DNA of 64,000 bases, from contig JAUWPW010000001.1 of assembly GCA_030611415.1 (NCBI GenBank), positions 18,107 through 82,106 of the forward strand, in the 5' to 3' direction. This stretch comes from Candidatus Bipolaricaulota bacterium. GTDB taxonomy: Bacteria; Bipolaricaulota; Bipolaricaulia; UBA7950; UBA9294. Below the pieces are notes generated by a model that saw only the letters and a program-made list of their open reading frames with translations, was not told the DNA's origin and searched no databases. The translations under genes and the position numbers were made by a program. Positions 37,981 through 46,183 of this stretch are shown one piece after another (positions within the stretch are counted from its first letter, which is position 1; every line of letters starts with the position of its first letter).

Positions 37981-39038
37981 CGATCTTCCTTTTTCTGCAT
38001 CTGCACAATCCTTCTTACTTCCTGAGAGCGGCTCTTGTCCATTACCAGCAGTGCCTTACCCGTGTCCACAATAACGAGATTAGAAACTCCTAGCGTGGCA
38101 ATCAATTTCCCTTCTTCAGACACAATAATACTATCCTGTGTATCGATTCCAAGGTGAGAAGCCCGAATACTATTTCCGCATTCATCCCTGCTCAGGACTC
38201 TTTCCAAGGCTGCCCAATCCCCCACATCGCTCCAACCTATGTTTCCCGTAGGAATCATCTGCACCCGCTTGCTTTTTTCCATTACTCCGTAATCAATAGA
38301 CATGGCTCTCTGCTCACGGTAAACCTGGTTGAGCACAGCTTGTTCATCAACTGTTCCAAGATGTCCCCTTATCACCTGTAATCCTTTATACAGCTTGGGC
38401 ATATGGAGCTTGATCTCATGCAGGATCATATCAACCCTCCAAACAAACATCCCACTGTTCCAGAAGTAATCGCCCTGGTGAAGAAAACGAGTAGCTGTTT
38501 CTTGATCAGGCTTTTCAGTGAATTCCTCTACTTTCATTACACAATTCGAAGCAGATGGCTTTTTCACAGCCTTGATATACCCATAACCAGTTTCAGGATG
38601 ATCCGGCGCGATGCCCAAGGTAATCAGGCAATCCCTTGTACTAGCAACTCCGATCGCCTGTCTGAGACATTCCAGGAAACGTACATTGTTGGTTATCACG
38701 TGATCCGCCGGAAGAACGACCATCGTCCCTTTGGGATCAAGGCGGGAAAGCCACAGCGCAGCAACTCCAACGCAAGGAGCAGTCCCCCGTGCCATAGGCT
38801 CAACGATAATATTCTTCGCGGGCAAGGAAGGAAGCTGTTGCAAGACCAGTGGTGCATACTGCTCTGCAACAACAACAATGGTATTCTTAATTGGAATAAG
38901 AGGAGCGATGCGCTCAACCGTTTCCTGCAGCATAGTCCTCTCTCCAAGGAGGTTCAAGAACTGCTTCGGGCGCTTCCGTGTACTTAATGGCCACAGTCGC
39001 TCGCCTTGACCACCCGCCATGATTACTGCAAAGTTCAT
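37968..39038 (-). CDS. manC: Mannose-1-phosphate guanylyltransferase (no cupin isomerase domain)
   Basis: MNFAVIMAGGQGERLWPLSTRKRPKQFL N-terminus, 356 aa. Confidence 0.75.
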   Translation of the reverse strand: MNFAVIMAGGQGERLWPLSTRKRPKQFLNLLGERTMLQETVERIAPLIPIKNTIVVVAEQYAPLVLQQLPSLPAKNIIVEPMARGTAPCVGVAALWLSRLDPKGTMVVLPADHVITNNVRFLECLRQAIGVASTRDCLITLGIAPDHPETGYGYIKAVKKPSASNCVMKVEEFTEKPDQETATRFLHQGDYFWNSGMFVWRVDMILHEIKLHMPKLYKGLQVIRGHLGTVDEQAVLNQVYREQRAMSIDYGVMEKSKRVQMIPTGNIGWSDVGDWAALERVLSRDECGNSIRASHLGIDTQDSIIVSEEGKLIATLGVSNLVIVDTGKALLVMDKSRSQEVRRIVQMQKKEDRCGQ

Positions 39039-39070
39039 GCTTGTCCTCCTGTCAGCTCTTATAAGGATTT

Positions 39071-39115
39071 GGGGTTCATTGGGTTCGTAGGGTTTGTTGG
39101 GTTCGTAGGGTTCAT
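39071..39115 (-). repeat. Array of five 9-bp tandem repeats (minus-strand reading ATGAACCCT-ACGAACCCA-ACAAACCCT-ACGAACCCA-ATGAACCCC)
   Basis: Read directly. It lies between the four-helix-bundle gene stop and the manC start. It is the reverse complement of the arrays at 39504 and 41490. Confidence 0.85.
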
Positions 39116-39119
39116 GAAG

Positions 39120-39488
39120 CTAACCACTCCCTTTTAGGTAACTCATAAAACGAGATAGCTGCCTGGCTACTACCTCTAACCTTTCATAAGTACTATCAAA
39201 AGCTTCCTGTGATATGTAGTCTTGGTCAAGAGCAGTATAAAGCTGCGTCTGAACCTCGGCTACCGAGCCTTTGGAGATAAATAGGAATTGGATAAACTCT
39301 TTGTTCGAGTGTCTCGAAAAGCCTTCAGCTATATTGCTGGGTATTGAGACCACCGCTCGGCGGATCTGATCACATAGGGCATAGTCTCTGGAGAAGGTCC
39401 CAACCGAAGAAGCTTGATAAACGGCATTTACTACGTCTCGTGCTTTCTGCCACACCTCTAGATCTTCAAATCTCTCAACAGTTGCCAT
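39120..39488 (-). CDS. Four-helix-bundle protein (TIGR02436 / 23S rRNA intervening-sequence protein / Avd-like family)
   Basis: MATVERFEDLEVWQKARDVVNAVYQ...AVVSIPSNIAEGFSRHSNKEFIQFLFISKGSVAEVQTQL is the diagnostic family signature. A GAGGAAGGG RBS sits upstream. Confidence 0.8.
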   Translation of the reverse strand: MATVERFEDLEVWQKARDVVNAVYQASSVGTFSRDYALCDQIRRAVVSIPSNIAEGFSRHSNKEFIQFLFISKGSVAEVQTQLYTALDQDYISQEAFDSTYERLEVVARQLSRFMSYLKGSG

Positions 39489-39503
39489 TCCCTTCCTCTA
39501 ACT

Positions 39504-39584
39504 CAATGAACCCCATGAACTCTATGAACTCTATGAACTCAATGAACTCAATGAACTCCACGAACTCCACGAACCCAACAAACT
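39504..39584 (+). repeat. Array of nine 9-bp tandem repeats (AATGAACCC CATGAACTC TATGAACTC x2 AATGAACTC x2 CACGAACTC CACGAACCC AACAAACTT)
   Basis: Read directly. It occupies the whole interval between the pgm stop and the start of the four-helix-bundle gene, which is that gene's promoter region. Confidence 0.85.
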
Positions 39585-39594
39585 TTCTTCCTTT

Positions 39595-40965
39595 TCATTT
39601 GGAACGCTCAAACAGCTTGCTCACTTCGGCCAGCTTTTCCTCCATCAACTCTTCTGTCTTAGCCTCCAGATTCAATCGTAGCAAGGGCTCAGTGTTAGAA
39701 GCTCGTAGGTTGAACCACCAATCTTCATAATCAACGGAAATGCCATCGAGATAAGTTATCCTGCCGTTTGCAAACTGTTTTTTCACCTTATCCATGACCA
39801 GCCGCTGATCAACAACAGGAAAGTTTATCTCTCCTGATTGAGCATACTTGCGCAATGGCTGAACCAGGGCTTTCAAGGTTTTTCCTGCATCTGCCACAAT
39901 TTGCAGTAGTTCCAACATTGCGAAGATGCCACTCTCACAACAAAAGAAATCTGAGAAGTAAAAGTGGCAAGAGAGCTCTCCGGCAAACAAGCCTCCCTGA
40001 TCACGCATGATTTGCTTTATAAAGGAGTGTCCTACTCGTGTTCTTACTGGACATCCACCTTGAGCCCGTATAATTTCGGGAACAACACGACTTGAGCGCA
40101 GGTCATAAAGGATGGTGCCTGAACGTTTTTCCCGCAAAACACGCTCAGCAATCAGCCCAGTAAGTAGATCTCCGGGAATCAACTTGCCAGTTTCATCAAT
40201 AAAACCAACACGATCGCCATCGCCATCAAACGCAATCCCGATCGAACCAGGGAGATTTGCCATGACCTTTTTTACATCTTGTAGATTCTCCTCTTTGAGT
40301 GGATTTGCCTCATGGTGCGGAAAATTACCATCAAGATCGAAGAAGAGATTCTCATGGAGGATATTCTGCCCTTTGAGCACCTCTGGCAAGATCGCTCCAG
40401 CCATTCCATTCCCAGCATCAATAACTACAGGAGTGTCCATCCTTACTGAGAACCGCCGGCCAAAGAAATCACAATAACGCTGCTTCAAATTCTCACAACG
40501 AATTGAACCAATCTCTGCAGCCTTGTTCATCGAACCATCTTCCGCAAGGTGGCAGATCTTGCCCAGCCCCGTAGCAGTACTGATCGGGATGGCTTGGTCA
40601 CGTACCAACTTGAACCCGTTATACCCTGCTGGATTATGTGAAGCAGTAATCATAGCCCCGCCAGCGGCACGGAGAACGTTCACAGCAAAATAGAGCATTG
40701 GAGTGGTACAAAGGCCGATATCAATAACGCTAACCCCTGCAGTATTCAATCCTTTCGCCAGTGCAGCGAACAGCGGGGCTGAACTATTACGCATATCTCT
40801 ACCCACGACAACCGGTCTTCCAGATCGAAGGTACCCGCTTCTGGCAAAAGCCCAACCTATACGGAAGGCAGCATCTTCGTCAAGTTGGGAAGGATATAGG
40901 CCACGGATATCGTATGCCGTGAAGATTGTAGAATCTATCAAGCTCTTAGGGTTCGTGAAATTCAT
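39595..40965 (-). CDS. Phosphoglucomutase/phosphomannomutase
   Basis: Active-site serine loop TASHNPAGYNGFK, a Mg-binding DGDGDR motif, 456 aa. Confidence 0.85.
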   Translation of the reverse strand: MNFTNPKSLIDSTIFTAYDIRGLYPSQLDEDAAFRIGWAFARSGYLRSGRPVVVGRDMRNSSAPLFAALAKGLNTAGVSVIDIGLCTTPMLYFAVNVLRAAGGAMITASHNPAGYNGFKLVRDQAIPISTATGLGKICHLAEDGSMNKAAEIGSIRCENLKQRYCDFFGRRFSVRMDTPVVIDAGNGMAGAILPEVLKGQNILHENLFFDLDGNFPHHEANPLKEENLQDVKKVMANLPGSIGIAFDGDGDRVGFIDETGKLIPGDLLTGLIAERVLREKRSGTILYDLRSSRVVPEIIRAQGGCPVRTRVGHSFIKQIMRDQGGLFAGELSCHFYFSDFFCCESGIFAMLELLQIVADAGKTLKALVQPLRKYAQSGEINFPVVDQRLVMDKVKKQFANGRITYLDGISVDYEDWWFNLRASNTEPLLRLNLEAKTEELMEEKLAEVSKLFERSK

Positions 40966-41086
40966 TGGATTGGTAGGGTTACCTCCTGATTTGTGATCGA
41001 TAGCTCGCTAAGGAAAGATACTTGGCACCTTTGTTTTCACCCTGTTTCCTGTTTTCCTCCGCGACCTCTGTGTCCTCTGCGGTTAA

Positions 41087-41168
41087 GTGTCTTTGGCAGA
41101 TTGGACAGAAGACGGATAATCTCCAGGGCAAATTCCTTTGTCCGCTTTTCTAGATCTTGTCTATTCAT
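41087..41168 (-). pseudogene. Truncated remnant (N-terminal ~27 codons) of a second four-helix-bundle family gene
   Basis: MNRQDLEKRTKEFALEIIRLLSNLPKT matches the alternative N-terminal signature of TIGR02436 proteins. The reading frame then runs into unrelated Arg/Gly-rich sequence and a stop. No continuation appears in other frames. Confidence 0.5.
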
Positions 41169-41180
41169 TGTTGATGCACC

Positions 41181-41210
41181 AATTCGCAATACGCAATCCG
41201 CATTCCGCAA
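41181..41210 (-). repeat. Four tandem heptamers (minus strand ATTGCGG-AATGCGG-ATTGCGT-ATTGCGA) 13 nt upstream of the remnant start
   Basis: Read directly as TTCGCAAT ACGCAAT CCGCATT CCGCAAT on the plus strand. Confidence 0.6.
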
Positions 41211-41242
41211 TTGCCTCTGCTGTCCCTGTTTTCTCTCTGGAT

Positions 41243-41319
41243 GCCGGATCAAGTCCGGCATGACGAAATACATCGTCATTCCGGCGAACCCTGGATCGGG
41301 GTCCAGGGCAGGCGCCGGA
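41243..41319. other. Cluster of three adjacent perfect hairpins (possible structured RNA or attenuator/terminator element)
   Basis: Hairpins are GCCGGA-tcaag-TCCGGC, ATGACG-aaatacat-CGTCAT, and TCCGGCG-aa-[CCCTGGA-tcgggg-TCCAGGG]-cag-CGCCGGA (a nested stem-loop). Confidence 0.4.
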
Positions 41320-41362
41320 ATCCAGCGTAGTAGTAGCTCTACGTTAGTCATTACTGTCTTTC

Positions 41363-41431
41363 GACCTTGGACTTTGGACATTGGACTGGTTCTATCTTAC
41401 TCATCACTCATTGCAGCTATCAGCGGTCAGC
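41363..41431 (-). repeat. Dispersed repeat family 'A', copy 4, minus orientation
   Basis: The reverse complement reads GCTGACCGCTGATAGCTGCAATGAGTGATGAGTAAGATAGAACCAGTCCAATGTCCAAAGTCCAAGGTC. It shares the GCTGACCGCTGATAGCTG module with the extension of copy 1. Confidence 0.75.
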
Positions 41432-41439
41432 TTTCAGCT

Positions 41440-41630
41440 CGTGATTCCTTACTCAACCAATCGACCAATCTCGTACTCAACTGCTTCACCCAACGAACTC
41501 AATGAACCCTACGAACCCTTGTTCCCATTCAACCAGTCAACCAATCAACTATTCAACTCGCCTTTTCTCGGCTCCCGACTATGTTTTCAACTCAACGAAC
41601 TCAACGGACTCAACGGACTCAACAGACTCA
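41440..41630 (+). repeat. Degenerate 9-bp periodic region containing AACGAACTC-AATGAACCC-TACGAACCC (41490-41516) and CAACGAACT-CAACGGACT-CAACGGACT-CAACAGACT (41593-41628)
   Basis: The 17-mer ATGAACCCTACGAACCC at 41498-41514 matches the reverse complement of 39099-39115. It lies between the pfkA stop and the family-A repeat. Confidence 0.75.
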
Positions 41631-41663
41631 TTACCTATCACGCGTTACTCATCGCCCACTACT

Positions 41664-42665
41664 TTAATTAGCTAGCTTATACACAAGGCGGTAGATCTCA
41701 AGATTGACGTTTCGCCCGTCCTTACTTAGCTCTGTAAACGGAATTGTCTGCACTCCCTGATCAACAAGCGCAGTCATTACTCCAGCAGTTCCATCGGCAA
41801 GCAAATCAACAGCGGCTTCACTCAAACGACAGGCAAGGATGCGGTCAAACGCAGAGGGCGAGCCTCCTCGCTGTAAGTGACCAAGGATAGTCAAGCGTGT
41901 CTCTATTGTACCTGTGTCGTTTAGGTATCTACTGACCAAGACGCCAGCCGATCCTTCTTCTTTCTTCTTACCTTGAGGCTCTCTATGGGGGGTAAATCCT
42001 TCAGAGACAACTATAATAGAGTGATGTTTCCCTTTAGCTACTCCTTGCTCTACCAATGCTGTGACGTCTTCCAGTGATAGGGAAACCTCAGGGATAAGAA
42101 CAATCTCCGCACCACCGGCAAGCCCACCCATCAGGGCGATGTATCCGGAATTCCGCCCCATGACTTCAACGACAAAGGCACGCTCGTGAGAGACAGCGGT
42201 ATCACGAATACGGTTGAGTGATGCCACCACCGTGTTTAGTACTGTGTCCACCCCGATCGCCATCGCTGTCCCGTAGATATCATTATCAATCGATGCAGGA
42301 ATCCCTACTGTAGGAATACCCTGTTCCTGCAGCCAACGCGCTCCTTGAAGGGAGCCATTTCCACCAATAACAATTACTCCATCAATTCTCCAGTTACTAA
42401 TGGTATCAAGCGCATGTTCCTGCCCCTTCTTTGTGAGGAAGGCAGCCGAGCGAGCAGTATGCAAGAATGTTCCGCCGCGCTCAATCACTCCACCAACCGC
42501 TCGATTGTCAAGTGATAACAGATCTCCTTCGATCAGGCCAGCAAATCCTCGACTTACTCCGAACATCTCCAGTCCAAGCGAACAACCACAGCGGACAGCA
42601 GCACGAATTGCCGCATTCATCCCAGGACTATCGCCACCGCTTGTCAACACCGCAATACGCGACAC
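41664..42665 (-). CDS. pfkA: ATP-dependent 6-phosphofructokinase
   Basis: MSRIAVLTSGGDSPGMNAAIRAAVR and the GGDGS and MGR motifs, 333 aa. Confidence 0.88.
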   Translation of the reverse strand: MSRIAVLTSGGDSPGMNAAIRAAVRCGCSLGLEMFGVSRGFAGLIEGDLLSLDNRAVGGVIERGGTFLHTARSAAFLTKKGQEHALDTISNWRIDGVIVIGGNGSLQGARWLQEQGIPTVGIPASIDNDIYGTAMAIGVDTVLNTVVASLNRIRDTAVSHERAFVVEVMGRNSGYIALMGGLAGGAEIVLIPEVSLSLEDVTALVEQGVAKGKHHSIIVVSEGFTPHREPQGKKKEEGSAGVLVSRYLNDTGTIETRLTILGHLQRGGSPSAFDRILACRLSEAAVDLLADGTAGVMTALVDQGVQTIPFTELSKDGRNVNLEIYRLVYKLAN

Positions 42666-42783
42666 GGTAAATGAACCTCCTTATTCTCTTACAGTGTAAC
42701 TCATCGACGCTTGGTGGGGAAGGATTACACACTTTCCTTCCTAAGACAGGAAGAGTAGAATTAATACAAGAGAGGTGAGGTAG

Positions 42784-43950
42784 TTGATTAAACGATCAAT
42801 TATGAAAAAAGCATTGGTGGTATTGGGACCAATCATCATTCTGGTCATTACCCTTGGTGTCAATGGAAATCAGACAATAGATAGCGGGTTTTTCTCTCCC
42901 TTATTCGAGGTCTACCAGTACATTCAGGACTATTTCTACAACCCAGAGCAAATCAACGATCAAGAAGCCCTGTACGGCGCAATGAGGGGAATGGTCGAAC
43001 AGCTTGATGATCCGTACAGCGAATTCCTCAACCCTGAGGATTACCAGCATTGGGAACAAAGCCTAGAAGGAAAATTCAGCGGAGTAGGAATCGAGATCAC
43101 AATCAAGGATGAAACACTTACCGTTATAACACCACTTGTTGGAACACCTGCCGAGCAGGCTGGAGTGTGTGCAGGGGACCAGATCCTGGAGATTGACGGT
43201 GAGCCTACTGAAGGTATTACCCTCAGCACCGCAGCCAGGAAAATCCGTGGAGAGGCAGGTACAAGCGTTTCTCTTCTCATACAACACAAAGATGGTACAC
43301 AGGAAGAAATTGAGATCGTGCGAAAGATAATCGTAGTCAAGTCAGTGACAAGTGAACTTGTGGGAGAAGGAAGGATTGCTTACATCCGCATCTCGCGCTT
43401 TGACAGTGATGCCACTATTAATCTTGACACCGCCCTTAGCGAATTCAATCTGGAGAACTTAGATGGGATGATACTCGATCTGCGAAACAACCCTGGTGGA
43501 TTGCTAAAAGAAGCAATTTCTGTCTCCAAGCGATTTGTAGATCAAAACGTAATAATAGTCTCCACAAGAGGAAGGGTTGCTGGAAAGGAGCAATTCTGGT
43601 CAACGGGAAATCTGATCCCTAACCTTCCGCTCGCGGTACTGATCAACGGTGGAACTGCGAGTGCAGCTGAAATAACCGCGGCAGCTATTCGCGACCATGA
43701 GATGGGCATTCTGATCGGGGAGTGTTCCTTTGGCAAAGGGTTAATCCAGCGCGTATTCAAATTGCCAGACGGTTCAGCCCTTAAACTCACCACCGGAGAG
43801 TATTTCACCCCATTAGGGCAGGCAGTCAATAAAGTAGGACTGTCTCCAGACATCAGCATAGATCAAGGAGAAGATCCAATCGAGGCCGCGATCACCTGGA
43901 TCAATTCACATGTCGGGGCGCGAATGCCAATTGCCCTCGGCAAGAGCTAA
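42784..43950 (+). CDS. ctpA: Carboxyl-terminal processing protease (S41 family) with PDZ domain
   Basis: N-terminal signal/TM, a PDZ domain (GIEITIKDETLTVITPLVGTPAEQAGVCAGDQILEIDG) and catalytic Ser/Lys motifs (INGGTASAAEI and CSFGKG). Confidence 0.8.
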   Translation: MIKRSIMKKALVVLGPIIILVITLGVNGNQTIDSGFFSPLFEVYQYIQDYFYNPEQINDQEALYGAMRGMVEQLDDPYSEFLNPEDYQHWEQSLEGKFSGVGIEITIKDETLTVITPLVGTPAEQAGVCAGDQILEIDGEPTEGITLSTAARKIRGEAGTSVSLLIQHKDGTQEEIEIVRKIIVVKSVTSELVGEGRIAYIRISRFDSDATINLDTALSEFNLENLDGMILDLRNNPGGLLKEAISVSKRFVDQNVIIVSTRGRVAGKEQFWSTGNLIPNLPLAVLINGGTASAAEITAAAIRDHEMGILIGECSFGKGLIQRVFKLPDGSALKLTTGEYFTPLGQAVNKVGLSPDISIDQGEDPIEAAITWINSHVGARMPIALGKS

Positions 43951-43952
43951 GT

Positions 43953-44951
43953 ATGAAAACTTCTGTAATAGGCGCGGGAGGATGGGGAACAGCATTTGCC
44001 CGGCTTCTCGCTACAAGCAGGCATACGGTAACCTTATGGGTCCGCAATCCGATTCAAGCCAAAGAAATTGACAGGTTGCGAGAAAACAGAAAATACCTCC
44101 CTGGGGTCCTTCTTCCGAAGCAAGGCCTCAATATTACCACTTCTCTTTCCGAGGCATCCACAGCTAAGCTAATCATACTTGCTGTCCCTTCATTTGCCAT
44201 GGGCGATCTGTTGGACAAACTTGTCCCACTTGTAGAAGAGCAAAAAGTATTCATCAATCTAGCTAAGGGAATCGACCACGCAACGGAAAAACCCATGTCC
44301 GAGCTGATAAGAAGCAAGATCGACGCAGAGGCTGTATTTACCCTCTCTGGCCCAAGCCATGCCGAAGAGGTAGGCCGCGATATGCCCACAGCAGTTGTCC
44401 TCGCTGGAGCCAATCTTAGCCTAGGAGAAGAAATCCAACATTTCCTTTCTAGTTCCCGCTTCCGCGTTTACTTGACGGATGACATTCGCGGGGTGGAACT
44501 TTGTGCAACAGTAAAGAACATAATCGCTCTAGCTGGTGGTGTCTCCGATGGCCTCGGCTACGGAGACAATAGCCGCGGGGCACTCATCTCGCGTGGCCTA
44601 GCAGAAATGGTTCGGTTCGGCCGGGTGTTTGGAGCCAGACAAGAGACCTTCTTCGGCCTATCTGGCTTGGGAGATCTAGTTGCTACATGTACGAGCAAGC
44701 ATAGCCGTAACCGATTCGTTGGCCAACAACTGGGGATGGGAATCCCTCTCGACGAAATCCTTGCAAAGATGGACAAGGTTGTAGAAGGCGTGTACGCCAC
44801 CGAAATCGTCCATTCCATGGCTAGATCAAGAGGGATAGAGATGCCAATTACTGACGGGGTATGGCGGCTGCTCCGCAAGGAGGTATCCCCATCAGCCTTG
44901 GTAGACGAGATCATGACTAGACCCCCAAAACGAGAGGGAATCAGACAGTGA
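43953..44951 (+). CDS. gpsA: NAD(P)H-dependent glycerol-3-phosphate dehydrogenase
   Basis: MKTSVIGAGGWGTAFA Rossmann motif and a GpsA C-terminal domain, 332 aa. Confidence 0.85.
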   Translation: MKTSVIGAGGWGTAFARLLATSRHTVTLWVRNPIQAKEIDRLRENRKYLPGVLLPKQGLNITTSLSEASTAKLIILAVPSFAMGDLLDKLVPLVEEQKVFINLAKGIDHATEKPMSELIRSKIDAEAVFTLSGPSHAEEVGRDMPTAVVLAGANLSLGEEIQHFLSSSRFRVYLTDDIRGVELCATVKNIIALAGGVSDGLGYGDNSRGALISRGLAEMVRFGRVFGARQETFFGLSGLGDLVATCTSKHSRNRFVGQQLGMGIPLDEILAKMDKVVEGVYATEIVHSMARSRGIEMPITDGVWRLLRKEVSPSALVDEIMTRPPKREGIRQ

Positions 44952-46183
44952 ATAGTTATGATGTAGCGGTAATAGGTGGCGGACCCATTGGGGCAGTAGC
45001 TGCACGCTATGCGGCTGCGACAGGAGCGCGTACCCTACTCGTTGATCAAGGTGACGGCTCTTGTGAGCCGGCTTGTTGTGCCGGGTTAGTGAGCCCACGG
45101 ACGCCTTCTTTGCTCGGGATTTCATCAACAGGTCTCCTAAGAGAAATCCATGGGGCAATTATCCATTCTCCAACAGGGAAACAGACTGAGATCCTCTCCA
45201 AAAAAGTGAAGGCAATCGTTCTCGACCGCAGCGCGCTCAATCGTGAACTAGTCAAGCTTGCTGCACAAGCAGGTGTAGAGGTAAGGCATCACACCCGTGC
45301 TGCTATCACTGACCAAGCAAAGCTCCAACTCAGTGAGCAGAACAGACAGTATGAAGCCAAGGCTCGTGTAGTGATCGGGGCAGACGGCCCACGAAGCATG
45401 GTCGCTAGTCGCTTCTCCCTACCATCGCCACCAAGGTTCCTTGCAGCAGTACAGGCAACTATTGTACGAGAGGCGCGTGCCTCAGACATGGTAGAGATCT
45501 TCTTTGGAACGAAGATTGCTCCTGGATTCTTCGCCTGGGCGGTTCCAGCAAAGCAGGAACAGCTACGCGTAGGTCTTGCAGCTACTCAAGGCACCGACGT
45601 AAACACTCTGCTTAACAACCTCCTTAGTCAACACTTCCCCGGACAGGTGATTTCATATGTCGGCGGAATAATCCCCGTCGGAACTGCTGCCAAAACAACT
45701 ACCGACGGCGCTCTTATCGTAGGTGATGCCGCAGGTCAAGTAAAACCAACCTCAGGGGGTGGAATCTATACAGGAGGGTTATGTGCCAAAATAGCAGGAG
45801 AAATCGCAGGTTATGCCTCATTGGCAGAAAAGACTACAAACGAAACCCTCAAGGAATACGAGCACCGTTGGCAAGACAAGATTGGGAAGGAACTACGCTT
45901 TGGTCTTCTTGCCCATCGTGCCTTCTGTGGTCTCTCAGATGCTGAGATCGAAGCCGCACTGGCCATCATCAACCAACCTTCAATCCTACAGGCAATCACT
46001 GAATATGGAGATATTGATTATCCAAGTATGCTAGTAAGTTCGCTCCTCTCTCGCCAAGATCTGTGGCCAAGGCTCCTCTCCTTGATTCCTGCGCTCGGTG
46101 GATGGGAAAAGTTCGGAAACCTTGCCCAACTTGTTATCTCCTTAGAGCAACCAGGCCGGGGTCGTGAGCCAAAAAAACAGTGA
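44948..46183 (+). CDS. FAD-dependent geranylgeranyl reductase family oxidoreductase
   Basis: YDVAVIGGGPIGAVAARYAA is a GxGxxG FAD fold, and a GDAAG motif (LIVGDAAGQVKPTSGGGI) is typical of the ChlP/BchP/GGR family. A GTG start overlaps the gpsA stop (GTGA). Confidence 0.65.
   Translation: MNSYDVAVIGGGPIGAVAARYAAATGARTLLVDQGDGSCEPACCAGLVSPRTPSLLGISSTGLLREIHGAIIHSPTGKQTEILSKKVKAIVLDRSALNRELVKLAAQAGVEVRHHTRAAITDQAKLQLSEQNRQYEAKARVVIGADGPRSMVASRFSLPSPPRFLAAVQATIVREARASDMVEIFFGTKIAPGFFAWAVPAKQEQLRVGLAATQGTDVNTLLNNLLSQHFPGQVISYVGGIIPVGTAAKTTTDGALIVGDAAGQVKPTSGGGIYTGGLCAKIAGEIAGYASLAEKTTNETLKEYEHRWQDKIGKELRFGLLAHRAFCGLSDAEIEAALAIINQPSILQAITEYGDIDYPSMLVSSLLSRQDLWPRLLSLIPALGGWEKFGNLAQLVISLEQPGRGREPKKQ

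Noticed and set aside
39120-39488. Diversity-generating retroelement (the four-helix-bundle protein is in the same family as DGR Avd)
   Set aside because: No reverse transcriptase, no template/variable repeat pair with adenine-specific differences, and no C-type-lectin or Ig-like target gene within the window. The neighbours are housekeeping sugar-phosphate enzymes.
39344-39730. 128-aa ORF encoding NSMNSMNSMNSMNSTNSTN repeats
   Set aside because: It is the translation of the 9-bp DNA tandem array and overlaps the 3' end of pgm on the other strand. There is no RBS or plausible start context.
40993-41505. 170-aa plus-strand ORF spanning the pgm upstream region
   Set aside because: It runs through the hairpin cluster, the heptamer repeats and the family-A repeat. 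The composition is Ser/Arg/Cys-rich junk with no recognisable domain. The opposite strand carries the four-helix-bundle remnant with a real family signature.
39071-41630. CRISPR array
   Set aside because: Repeat units are only 9 bp and directly abut one another with no spacers. There are no cas genes. They are minisatellite-like tandem repeats.
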